32,000 bases of DNA, from contig JAKSVZ010000003.1 of NCBI GenBank assembly GCA_024407725.1, positions 1 to 32,000 on the forward strand, given 5' to 3'. Below the pieces are notes generated by a model. The model made no database searches, was not told the origin of the DNA, and saw nothing but the letters and a program-made list of their open reading frames with translations. Numbering within the stretch: position 1 is the stretch's first letter; each line of letters opens with the position of its first letter. This DNA comes from Opitutales bacterium. GTDB lineage: Bacteria > Verrucomicrobiota > Verrucomicrobiia > Opitutales > UBA9783. The translations under genes and the position numbers were made by a program. This document shows positions 7,777 through 16,281 of this stretch, piece after piece.

Positions 7777-10202
7777 AGCAGTTGTTGATCGTCGGATTGA
7801 TTGGATCGTTGTGTGTTATAGGGTATGGTGGAGCGAATCCAACGCATCCTGCAACGCAGGCCAAACAAAAGTCATCTAAGGCTCCTGCAAAAACGGCTCC
7901 GCTTGCATTGAACGATGGCTATATACCTTTAGCTGACGCAGAGCTAACGTTAACCCGAACAAACGCTTGGAAGGTTCGCCAATTACAGTTGAATTTAAGC
8001 CAAGAAATTAGCGTATCCAAGGCGTTTATTGCTTCGCATATTGGCTTTGTTGAAGGCGATGAAATTGATGAAACTGCGTTTCAGGTTGCTTCGAAGCAAT
8101 TGTACGATACGGGGTGGATCGATACGCTGCGTTGGGAAGTGAAAAAAGTAGATGCTAATACGCTGGATTTGCGTTTAAGTTTGGTTATTTTCCCAAAAAT
8201 TGCTGAATTCCGCTTTGAGGGAAACAACGATTTTACGGGCAAAACCCTTGAGTATGAGATGAAAAGCCGCATTAATGAGGCCTGTAATCCTCATGGTTTG
8301 CAGGCGGATGTTGCACGTTTAAAAGCTTTTTATACCTCCAAGGGGTATTTTAAGTCCGATGTCAGCATTACGCACGAGCCATTGCGTGATGGTTATGAAA
8401 CCGTCATTGTAACAGTCAATGAGGATTTGGGATATAAAATTAAACGCATTGATTTTCAAGGGGTTACAGCGTTTAAACCTGGAAAGTTGCGTGATTTATT
8501 GGTTACGCGCAAATGGTGGCCTTTCTCATTCTTTACCAAAACGGGACGTTTAGATGAGGATCGTTTGCAGCATGATATCGATACCTTGCGTAATCATTAT
8601 CGCAATGCGGGTTATTTGGATGTCGAAATTAACCGTAAAAACGTAGCGATTCAGAACAAAGGTAATCGTCTGCGTATTGTCTTTAAGATTCAGGAAGGAG
8701 AACGGTATTATATTGGAAACGTTTCGGTAACTTCTGATGTTCCGGAAGATGAGGAAAAACTAACCACCTACCTTGGTTTCTTAAAGAAGGGAGCTCCTGC
8801 TTCAGCCGAGTTGATTGAACAAGGATGTGAGTTTTTGCGGGATTATTACGGAAAAGATGGCTATGTGGATGCACGGGTAGATGTAAAACGTACCTTTATC
8901 GACCATGAGGTGGATTTGGCCTTTTCCGTTGTTCGGGGGGCTCAATACCGCGTTCATTCGATTTATCTAACGGGTAATGTACATTCTCAATCCCGTTTGG
9001 TGGTGCGCGAAATGAATTTGGCTCCTGGGGATTTGTTGAACCGCCGCCGGATGAAATTAGCCGAGTTGCGTTTGCAAAACACGGGATTGTTTAAGTCAGC
9101 GGTTATTGTTCCGGAAGATTCCTCTATGCCTTACGAAAAGGATGTTAAGGTGGTGGTTGAGGAGGATAAAACCGGTAGTATTTCATTGACCGGAGGTATT
9201 AGCTCGACGGAAAAAATTACGGTTGGATTGACCTTAGGACAAAGCAATTTCGATTGGGGCAATGGAAAAGATTATCACCGTGGAGCCGGTCAAAAAGCAC
9301 AAACGGGTATTACCGTTGGAAAGTATTCGCAACAGATTGGCTTTAACTTCGAAGAACCTTGGTTGTTCGATCGAGAGCTGCGTTGGGGTTTTGGCCTTAC
9401 GGGTTCCAGAAGTAATTTAAACCAAAAAGATTACAAACAGCAGCGTGTGGGTGCTGACATTTATGTTGGAAAACGTTTGTTTGAATTGGTCGAAGGACGT
9501 TTGTACTACCATATAGAGCACTTCAAGTTAGTGGGAGTTGATGATAGCGTATCTCAAGCCGTTAAGGATGAAGAGGGTTCGCGGGTTATTTCAAAGATTG
9601 GGTTTGAATTATCTCGTGATACGCGCGATCAGTTTGTGCATCCAACCGAAGGAAATGTAGCCGTCTGGGATAATCAATTTGCTGGGGTTGGTGGAAAGAC
9701 AAAGTATGTTCGGTCGAAAGCGGTTTTTGCCCAATGGTTCTTGGTGACCCCGAATTACGAACAGGTGTTAATGCTTAAATGTAAAGGTGCTGCTGTTCGT
9801 GGTTGGGGCGGCAAAGATGTTCCCTTGTTCGAACGTGAATACTTAGGAGGCGAATCAGACTTGCGTGGTTTCGATTATCAAGAAGCAGGTCCTCGTTCCA
9901 ATGATTTCCATCAGGATCCGTTAGGAGGTAAGTATGCGATAGCGGGTATTTCGGAATACTCGATTGCTCTCCACCCTCGATTCCGTTTAATTTTCTACCT
10001 CGATGCCGGTAAGGTGGTAAAAATGAACGATAAGTATTTGTGCCCAGGTACCGATACGATTTATGCGGATGCTGGAATTGGAACGGCTATCGATATCCTC
10101 AATGTGCCTTTGAAGTTATTTTTCTCCTATCCCTTCAAAGCGCATGAGAGTGATAGTAAAGAATTCCCGCATTTTTCCTATGCGTTTGGGGTAACTTTTT
10201 AA
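7773..10202 (+). CDS. bamA: Outer membrane protein assembly factor BamA (Omp85)
   Basis: 809 aa with a signal peptide, repeated POTRA-like modules and a C-terminal beta-barrel ending in the beta-signal FSYAFGVTF. Followed by skp and lpxD (conserved synteny). Confidence 0.9.
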   Translation: MKQLLIVGLIGSLCVIGYGGANPTHPATQAKQKSSKAPAKTAPLALNDGYIPLADAELTLTRTNAWKVRQLQLNLSQEISVSKAFIASHIGFVEGDEIDETAFQVASKQLYDTGWIDTLRWEVKKVDANTLDLRLSLVIFPKIAEFRFEGNNDFTGKTLEYEMKSRINEACNPHGLQADVARLKAFYTSKGYFKSDVSITHEPLRDGYETVIVTVNEDLGYKIKRIDFQGVTAFKPGKLRDLLVTRKWWPFSFFTKTGRLDEDRLQHDIDTLRNHYRNAGYLDVEINRKNVAIQNKGNRLRIVFKIQEGERYYIGNVSVTSDVPEDEEKLTTYLGFLKKGAPASAELIEQGCEFLRDYYGKDGYVDARVDVKRTFIDHEVDLAFSVVRGAQYRVHSIYLTGNVHSQSRLVVREMNLAPGDLLNRRRMKLAELRLQNTGLFKSAVIVPEDSSMPYEKDVKVVVEEDKTGSISLTGGISSTEKITVGLTLGQSNFDWGNGKDYHRGAGQKAQTGITVGKYSQQIGFNFEEPWLFDRELRWGFGLTGSRSNLNQKDYKQQRVGADIYVGKRLFELVEGRLYYHIEHFKLVGVDDSVSQAVKDEEGSRVISKIGFELSRDTRDQFVHPTEGNVAVWDNQFAGVGGKTKYVRSKAVFAQWFLVTPNYEQVLMLKCKGAAVRGWGGKDVPLFEREYLGGESDLRGFDYQEAGPRSNDFHQDPLGGKYAIAGISEYSIALHPRFRLIFYLDAGKVVKMNDKYLCPGTDTIYADAGIGTAIDILNVPLKLFFSYPFKAHESDSKEFPHFSYAFGVTF

Positions 10203-10220
10203 ACAATTTTTTAAAACAAG

Positions 10221-10823
10221 ATGAAGATGAATATATTAAAGCAATTAGGTTTTCAAGCTGCTATTCTTGGCTGCTGTTTGAGTGCTCAAGCAAAATTTGG
10301 TGTGGTTGATGAAGCAAAGGTGTATGATCAATTTTATAAGAAGCAACCTGCTGAAGAGAAATTTCAAACGATCACCAATCAATTTCAAGCTGAGCATGAT
10401 AAGATGATTGCAGAAGGCGATAAGTTGTTGGAAGAGCGTAAGGTCTTGGTTGAAAAATTAAAAGCTCCTGGGGTTGCTGAAAATGCCAAGAAGGGGCTAG
10501 AAAAGCAGATTACGGAATTAGATAAAAAGTTGGATGAAAAAGCCAATGCAATCAAAGCGTTCCGTCAAGAAAAGACCATGATGTTGCAAGAACAACGTCA
10601 GCAGATATTGCAGGAGCATTTTGCTGAAATCAAAGTAGCGATTGAGCAAGTAGCTAAAGCAAAAGGATGCGAAGTTGTTTTTGGAGCTGCTGCCATTGCT
10701 TATGCAGATAAATCGTTAGATTTAACGGATGCCGTCATTCAGGCTGCCAACAAGGGTCAAAGCGTAAGTAAAGAAGCCCCTAAGGCTCAAGCGAAACAAC
10801 AAGCGGAAAAATCGAAGAAATAA
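10221..10823 (+). CDS. skp: Periplasmic chaperone Skp/OmpH family
   Basis: Signal peptide (..CCLSAQA/KF), a long Lys/Glu/Gln-rich coiled-coil body, about 200 aa. Its position between bamA and lpxD supports the call. Confidence 0.75.
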   Translation: MKMNILKQLGFQAAILGCCLSAQAKFGVVDEAKVYDQFYKKQPAEEKFQTITNQFQAEHDKMIAEGDKLLEERKVLVEKLKAPGVAENAKKGLEKQITELDKKLDEKANAIKAFRQEKTMMLQEQRQQILQEHFAEIKVAIEQVAKAKGCEVVFGAAAIAYADKSLDLTDAVIQAANKGQSVSKEAPKAQAKQQAEKSKK

Positions 10824-10849
10824 ACGCGATTCGACGAACGCGTGGAGGT

Positions 10850-10883
10850 GCTCTTATCTCCCAAAGGGATAAGGGCATTTTTT
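10850..10883 (+). terminator. Rho-independent terminator after skp
   Basis: Hairpin 10850-10876: an 11-bp stem with a 2-nt bulge (GCTCTTA[TC]TCCC aaa GGGATAAGGGC). It is followed by A and T6 (10878-10883), 27 nt after the skp stop. Confidence 0.55.
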
Positions 10884-10981
10884 GAGTGATTCGCTTGTCA
10901 TTAGTTTAAGGGTGCGTTATCATTAAACTACAATCAGTGGCTGTAGGAGCCATTGAAATTAACCCCTAAAACGATAGCACT

Positions 10982-12100
10982 ATGCAGAACATTTTTTATA
11001 CCTTAGATGCGATTATTAACCTAGTAAAGCCCCTCAATGTAAAAGGGCATTTGACCCATACAACCTTGATGGGAATTGCTTCGTTGGATAAAGCGCTTCC
11101 GACGGATTTATCGTTTTTGGGTAATTTAAAATATCGTCCGCAGGTGGATCAATCCAAAGCGGGTGTAATTTTGGTTCCTCCTTCTTATTTGGGGGAACCA
11201 CACAAGGAACAGGTACTTTTGACGGTTAATGATCCCTCGGAAGCGTTGAGTATTATCTGCCGCGATTTAATGCTGAAAAATGCCCCGAAGGTAAAGCCGG
11301 GGATTCATCCGACGGCTGTTGTAGATCCGACGGCAAAAGTAGATCCAACAGCGGCCATTGGGCCTTTGTGTGTTGTAGGGGCTCATAGCGTGATTGGTGA
11401 CCATGTGGTGTTGAGCGCGCATGTGTTTGTTGGAGAGCATGTTCAAATTCAATCAGGTGCTATTATACGCCCCAATTGTTCTCTGTTAGACGGAACCCAG
11501 GTTGGGAAACGATGCTTTATTGATGCAGGAGTTGTTTTAGGCTCGGAAGGGTATGGCTATACGACTGTCAATGGCGCTCATCAACGTTGTCCGCAAATAG
11601 GGTGTGTGGTTTTAGAAGATGATGTGGATATAGGAGCCAATACCACCATTGATCGTGCCCGTTTTGAAGAGACCCGCATTGGTGAAGGAACCAAGATTGA
11701 TAATTTAGTGCAGATTGCCCACAACGTGGTGATTGGAAAACATTGCTTTATTGTGGCATTTGCTGGAATTGCCGGCAGTACCCATATCGGGGATTATACA
11801 ACCATCGCAGGTCAAGTGGGATTGGCAGGCCATATTAACATTGGAAGTCATGTGGTTGTAGGTGCGCAATCAGGCGTTAATCACGACTTGCCCGATCATA
11901 GTTTTGTTCGTGGAACACCGGTATTTCCTTTCATGTTGGCGCATCGTATTGATAACCTCAAGCGGCGATTACCGGACTTGTTTAAGCGGGTGGATAATTT
12001 GGAAAAAGTATTTTCGTACTTAACCGATGATGCAGCCAAATCGTGCTTTTTAAAGCAGGGCGATGCTAAGCAGGAACCCGAAAGTGCTACCCAAGCTTAG
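10982..12100 (+). CDS. lpxD: UDP-3-O-acylglucosamine N-acyltransferase LpxD
   Basis: N-terminal LpxD domain ([24 protein letters not shown]), long left-handed beta-helix hexapeptide repeats, and a C-terminal helical tail. Confidence 0.9.
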   Translation: MQNIFYTLDAIINLVKPLNVKGHLTHTTLMGIASLDKALPTDLSFLGNLKYRPQVDQSKAGVILVPPSYLGEPHKEQVLLTVNDPSEALSIICRDLMLKNAPKVKPGIHPTAVVDPTAKVDPTAAIGPLCVVGAHSVIGDHVVLSAHVFVGEHVQIQSGAIIRPNCSLLDGTQVGKRCFIDAGVVLGSEGYGYTTVNGAHQRCPQIGCVVLEDDVDIGANTTIDRARFEETRIGEGTKIDNLVQIAHNVVIGKHCFIVAFAGIAGSTHIGDYTTIAGQVGLAGHINIGSHVVVGAQSGVNHDLPDHSFVRGTPVFPFMLAHRIDNLKRRLPDLFKRVDNLEKVFSYLTDDAAKSCFLKQGDAKQEPESATQA

Positions 12101-12209
12101 CTTTTTGAATTGAACGTCCGTCAGGGGCTTGGCATCCTTAGAGAGAGGGTTATAGATCGTGGGTTGGTTGATAGCCTCGATTGAGATCCTAGGATGGCAG
12201 GGCTGAAGC

Positions 12210-13148
12210 ATGGATGATGGCGTTATAAAAAAAGTCCTTTTAATCGTTGGTTCGGGTTATACGCCTTTGGCAGACCGTATTGGCCAACAATTACAGCTTG
12301 CAGTTGCTCCCATACACCCAACTCAGTTTCCCAATGGGGAGCGATGGGTTCAATTGCCGCTGGAGGTTGAAGGTAAGGACGTTTGTTTGTTCCAAGACAC
12401 AACGCAGGATCCGAACGACTCACTGTTTGAATTGTTACAGATGGTAGATGCGGCAAAGCAGGGTAAAGCGCGCTCTATTTTAGTCATTTGCCCCAGTTAT
12501 GCTTATGCCCGACAGGAACACCCTCTTCCGAGATGCGCCCCCACTCCTTTATTGTTTGCACGGTTACTATCAACCCTTGGGGCGGATCGTTTGTTAACGG
12601 TTGATTTGCACGCTCCCCATCAAAGCCATCAGTTTGCTATTCCTACGCAAGTTATCGGGGTTGAGGGGGTGTTTATTCCCTATTTGCGTTCGGTAATGGA
12701 GACAGGAAGTCTATTGTTTGGAGCAGATGGCAGCATGTACGAGCGCGTGAAAGCATGGGCTCAGGCGTTAGGATGTCCTTACGGTTGGGCTCATAAACAA
12801 CGGGATGTGCAGGGTCGCTTAAGTTTGGTGGATTGGCACGGGGATGTGCAAGGGCAATCAGTTTATTTAGTGGATGACCGAGTGGATACAGGAGGAACCA
12901 TCGCATTGGTTGCAGCCCGTTTAAAGCAATTAGGAGCTAAAAAGATAACGGCTGTGGTTACGCATGGCATTACGGACGTGGCGGTTTGGAAACGCATTCA
13001 GGGCTGTGGGGTGGATGCGATTATCGAAAGTGATACGCGTTCTGTTTGTACTTTAGGAACATGCCAAACCGTGTTGTCGGTCAGTCCTTTAATAACCGAT
13101 GCGATTCGAACAGCGCTTGGTTCGTTATCAAGGGTATTGGGTCGGTGA
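12210..13148 (+). CDS. prs: Ribose-phosphate pyrophosphokinase (PRPP synthetase), divergent
   Basis: FPNGERWVQL..., NDSLFELLQMVDAAK, YAYARQEH, VDLHAP, YLVDDRVDTGGT. The Prs fold motifs are present, but several canonical residues are substituted (RQDR becomes RQEH). Confidence 0.8.
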   Translation: MDDGVIKKVLLIVGSGYTPLADRIGQQLQLAVAPIHPTQFPNGERWVQLPLEVEGKDVCLFQDTTQDPNDSLFELLQMVDAAKQGKARSILVICPSYAYARQEHPLPRCAPTPLLFARLLSTLGADRLLTVDLHAPHQSHQFAIPTQVIGVEGVFIPYLRSVMETGSLLFGADGSMYERVKAWAQALGCPYGWAHKQRDVQGRLSLVDWHGDVQGQSVYLVDDRVDTGGTIALVAARLKQLGAKKITAVVTHGITDVAVWKRIQGCGVDAIIESDTRSVCTLGTCQTVLSVSPLITDAIRTALGSLSRVLGR

Positions 13149-13218
13149 GGAATGCGAGCGTGCCTACTTTGCGGTTGACTCAACGGGTGGAATAGAGTGG
13201 AACTATATAGATAAGAGA

Positions 13219-13294
13219 GCCGAGGTAGCTCAGTTGGTAGAGCAACGCACTCGTAACGCGTAGGTCGTGAGTTCGAACCTCATCTTCGGCTCCA
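13219..13294 (+). tRNA. tRNA-Thr (anticodon CGU), 76 nt with genomically encoded CCA
   Basis: Manual cloverleaf. Acceptor GCCGAGG/CTTCGGC (one G-U). D arm GCTC-AGTTGGTA-GAGC. Anticodon loop CT-CGT-AA at 13250-13256. Variable loop AGGTC. T arm GTGAG-TTCGAAC-CTCAT. Discriminator T followed by CCA. Confidence 0.93.
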
Positions 13295-13324
13295 TAATGA
13301 ATTTTAGAAAGTAAAGGAAGCATT

Positions 13325-13483
13325 ATGTCACAACATGCAAGTTTAAGGAAAAGCGCCAATAGTGCGGACGCTAGCCAAACCGTATTGAAACGTTATGAAC
13401 GGGTTGCGTTATTGAAAAAACGCGGTCAGTGGAAAGAGGGACAAAGTGTATTAGGTTTGGTAAAAACTAAGCCAGAAGCGTAA
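13325..13483 (+). CDS. 52-aa highly basic protein (resembles the PVC-restricted 'small basic protein' family, function unknown)
   Basis: ATG..TAA ORF below the track cutoff: MSQHASLRKSANSADASQTVLKRYERVALLKKRGQWKEGQSVLGLVKTKPEA (11 K/R, 4 D/E). SD-like AAAGGAAG at 13313-13320, 4 nt before the ATG. Its stop lies 2 nt before the efp ATG. Confidence 0.6.
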   Translation: MSQHASLRKSANSADASQTVLKRYERVALLKKRGQWKEGQSVLGLVKTKPEA

Positions 13484-13485
13484 TT

Positions 13486-14058
13486 ATGTCGAATTTAGAT
13501 AAGCGACCGGCCACCAGTATTCGTAAGAATAATGTGGTTATGTATCAAAACGTACCGCATATTGTTACGGAGGTAGAACACCGTACGCAAGGTCGGCAAG
13601 CAGGATTTATTCAAGTCACCTTGCGCAACTTGACCACCGGTATTGCGACCCAGAATAAGTTTCATTCCAACGATACAGTTTACTTCTGTTATGTTGAATC
13701 GAAAGCATTAGAGTATTCCTTTGAGGATAACGAAGGCTATCATTTTTTGCATACGGATACCTATGAAGATGAGGTTATTCCCAGCAAGTTATTGGAAGCC
13801 CAGAAAAATTATTTGATTCAGGGGGAATCCTATTCGGTCTTGTTTGTCGATGATCGTCCGTTGCAAATTCAATTGCCTGCTGCCGTTGCCATGAAGGTTA
13901 CAGAGGCATCCGAAGGAGTACGGGGTGATACCGCAACCAATGCGCAAAAAACGGTGGTTGTCGAAACGGGGATGAAGGTACAAGTGCCTTTGTTTATTAA
14001 GACGGGTGAAACAATCCGTATTGATACCGATACGGGTGCCTATTTAGGGCGCGCTTAA
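13486..14058 (+). CDS. efp: Elongation factor P (Arg at the loop-tip modification position)
   Basis: 190 aa with three-domain EF-P length. The C-terminus VPLFIKTGETIRIDTDTGAYLGRA matches the EF-P signature. The loop reads HRTQGRQAGF, where E. coli has KPGKGQAF. Confidence 0.9.
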   Translation: MSNLDKRPATSIRKNNVVMYQNVPHIVTEVEHRTQGRQAGFIQVTLRNLTTGIATQNKFHSNDTVYFCYVESKALEYSFEDNEGYHFLHTDTYEDEVIPSKLLEAQKNYLIQGESYSVLFVDDRPLQIQLPAAVAMKVTEASEGVRGDTATNAQKTVVVETGMKVQVPLFIKTGETIRIDTDTGAYLGRA

Positions 14059-14070
14059 ACTTAACTTCGG

Positions 14071-14967
14071 ATGCAGCCGTACGTGCTAGTGCTGTCGGAT
14101 GAGCAATCCGAATGTTTGTTGAATTATTTAAGGGATCATCAGTGGCATAAGGATGAGGTCCCTTATTCCTTGTATGCCTATCATAACCCTGACGTAAAAG
14201 TGGTGGTCTATCACAATCATAAGCTGGTTGTGCAAGGTAAGGGCGTTGAAGATTTCGTTCTTCATACCTTGGAAACGGAGATTACTCATAAACCGCTTTA
14301 TGGCTATGATCGAGTCAATCATCCTGAATGGTTTGAAGCGCATGCAGGATTGGATGAAAGCGGAAAAGGCGATCTGTTTGGCCCTTTGGTAGCGGCTACC
14401 GTTATTGCGGATGGAGCAGCGGTTGATTTTTGGCTGTCTAAAGGGCTAAAAGAGAGTAAAGCCATTAAGTCCGATGAGCGTTTGTTCAAAATGGAAGCCT
14501 TGGTACGCGAGCCCAAAGGAGTGGTTATTGAAACGGCCTATGCCAATATGGAGCGATACAACGAATTGTATACGCAATTCGGCAATTTGAATCAATTGCT
14601 TGCGTGGATGCATGCGCGTGCCTTGGATAGTGCTTTGCAACAAAGTACGGTTCAAAAAGGTCTGTTGGATCAATTTGTTAAGGCGCATTTAGTCCAAAAA
14701 TTTTTAAAGCGAAATGACTTTATGCTTCAACAGCGGGTGCGTGCAGAAGAAGATCCGGTGGTAGCTGCCGCCTCGATTATTGCGCGGGCAGTCTATGTGC
14801 GGAAATTACGCGATTTAAGTAAGGAAGCGGGGATTAATCTACCAAAAGGTTGCGGAATTGATGCCCAAAAAGCATTAAAAACCTTAGGGGATACGGTAGG
14901 GAAAGATCAGCTCAAACGCTACGCCAAGATGCATTTTAAAACCATTGATGAAGTGTTAAAATCGTAA
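14071..14967 (+). CDS. rnhC: Ribonuclease HIII
   Basis: About 85-aa N-terminal TBP-like domain, followed by an RNase HII/HIII catalytic core with [15 protein letters not shown]; 298 aa. Confidence 0.85.
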   Translation: MQPYVLVLSDEQSECLLNYLRDHQWHKDEVPYSLYAYHNPDVKVVVYHNHKLVVQGKGVEDFVLHTLETEITHKPLYGYDRVNHPEWFEAHAGLDESGKGDLFGPLVAATVIADGAAVDFWLSKGLKESKAIKSDERLFKMEALVREPKGVVIETAYANMERYNELYTQFGNLNQLLAWMHARALDSALQQSTVQKGLLDQFVKAHLVQKFLKRNDFMLQQRVRAEEDPVVAAASIIARAVYVRKLRDLSKEAGINLPKGCGIDAQKALKTLGDTVGKDQLKRYAKMHFKTIDEVLKS

Positions 14968-14980
14968 GGGGGATAGGAAT

Positions 14981-15778
14981 ATGCAAATTTATTTGGATTT
15001 AGTTAAACGGGTGCTGGAAACGGGTGAAAAACGCCAAGATCGTACAGGAACCGGTACCATTAGTTTGTTTGGAGCGCAGATGCGCATCGATATTTCGCAC
15101 TTTTTCCCGCTATTAACCACGAAAAAAGTCCATTTTAAATCGATTGCCTATGAATTGCTGTGGTTCTTGCACGGCGATACGAACATTAGGTATTTGCAAG
15201 ACCATGGGGTGCGTATTTGGAACGAATGGGCGGATAAAGATGGCAATTTGGGTCCTGTTTATGGTGCTCAATGGCGGCATTGGCGGTGCGCTGATGGACG
15301 TGTTGTGGATCAAATTCAACAGGTTATTGAGGGTATTAAAAAAAATCCGTTCGGCCGACGTCATATTGTTTCAGCTTGGAATGTAGGCGAAATTGACCAA
15401 ATGGCGCTGCCTCCCTGCCATTCATTTTTCCAGTTTTACGTTAGCACTTCAGGCACCTTAAGCTGTCAATTGTATCAGCGTAGTGGGGATTTATTTTTGG
15501 GCGTTCCGTTTAACATTGCTTCTTACTCCCTGTTAACCTACATCATGGCTCAGGTCTGCGGGTTGAAACCCGGTTGGTTTGTGCATACCTTGGGAGATGC
15601 CCATATTTATCAAACCCATTTAGAGCAGGTGAAAACGCAGTTAGCGCGCACCCCTAAGACTTTACCAACCCTTACGATTGACCCAAGTGTTAAGCGGATT
15701 GAGGATATAACCTTTGAGGCCATTCAGGTGCATGATTATGACCCTTATCCGACCATTAAAGCTCAGGTAGCGGTGTAA
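14981..15778 (+). CDS. thyA: Thymidylate synthase ThyA
   Basis: [34 protein letters not shown], active-site [17 protein letters not shown]. Confidence 0.95.
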   Translation: MQIYLDLVKRVLETGEKRQDRTGTGTISLFGAQMRIDISHFFPLLTTKKVHFKSIAYELLWFLHGDTNIRYLQDHGVRIWNEWADKDGNLGPVYGAQWRHWRCADGRVVDQIQQVIEGIKKNPFGRRHIVSAWNVGEIDQMALPPCHSFFQFYVSTSGTLSCQLYQRSGDLFLGVPFNIASYSLLTYIMAQVCGLKPGWFVHTLGDAHIYQTHLEQVKTQLARTPKTLPTLTIDPSVKRIEDITFEAIQVHDYDPYPTIKAQVAV

Positions 15779-15780
15779 AT

Positions 15781-16242
15781 ATGATCGATTTTAAAATCAT
15801 TGCAGCGATGTCGCTGAACCGCGTAATCGGGTGCCGCCAGCGTTTGCCTTGGCATTTGCCGGAAGAATTACAGTGGTTTCGGCAGATGACCTTAAATCAA
15901 ACGCTCTTGATGGGTCGCAAAACCTTTGAGTCGATGGGGAAACGCCCCTTGCCTCAACGAACGACCTATGTGCTTACCCATCACAAAACAGGATTGCAAG
16001 GCGTTCAAGAAATTACGTTGCTGGATGAATTGCCGGCGCAATTAAAAACGGTTTGGGTTTGCGGCGGCGCAAGCATTTATGAGCACCTGTTGCCAAAGGC
16101 TTCAGAACTTATTTTGTCCGTTATTCAGTGTACGATCGATGGTGATGCATTTTTCCCTCCATTTGAGTCGCGTTTCCAACAGGTGGCTGTTTTGAAACGA
16201 ACCGATGATTTTGAAGTTCAAAAATGGGTTGCGAAACCCTAG
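15781..16242 (+). CDS. folA: Dihydrofolate reductase
   Basis: IIAAMSLNRVIG...LPWHLPEELQWFRQMT...LLMGRKTFESMG; 153 aa, immediately after thyA. Confidence 0.9.
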   Translation: MIDFKIIAAMSLNRVIGCRQRLPWHLPEELQWFRQMTLNQTLLMGRKTFESMGKRPLPQRTTYVLTHHKTGLQGVQEITLLDELPAQLKTVWVCGGASIYEHLLPKASELILSVIQCTIDGDAFFPPFESRFQQVAVLKRTDDFEVQKWVAKP

Positions 16243-16281
16243 GGAATTTTTAAAATATTAATAGATATTTTTTATAAAATT

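Noticed and set aside
12186-12195. Perfect 10-bp palindrome ATCCTAGGAT 15 nt upstream of the prs ATG, considered as a possible operator.
   Set aside because: It is too short to distinguish from chance, there is no second copy in the window, and it overlaps the likely ribosome-binding region.
13175-13209. TTGACT ... TATATA as a promoter for the tRNA.
   Set aside because: The spacer is 23 nt, far from the 16-18 nt optimum, and no better-spaced pair was found.
13149-13324. tRNA-Thr as a possible integration hotspot or genomic-island boundary.
   Set aside because: No integrase, no visible direct repeat of the tRNA 3' end elsewhere in the window, and both flanks are core genes (prs, efp).
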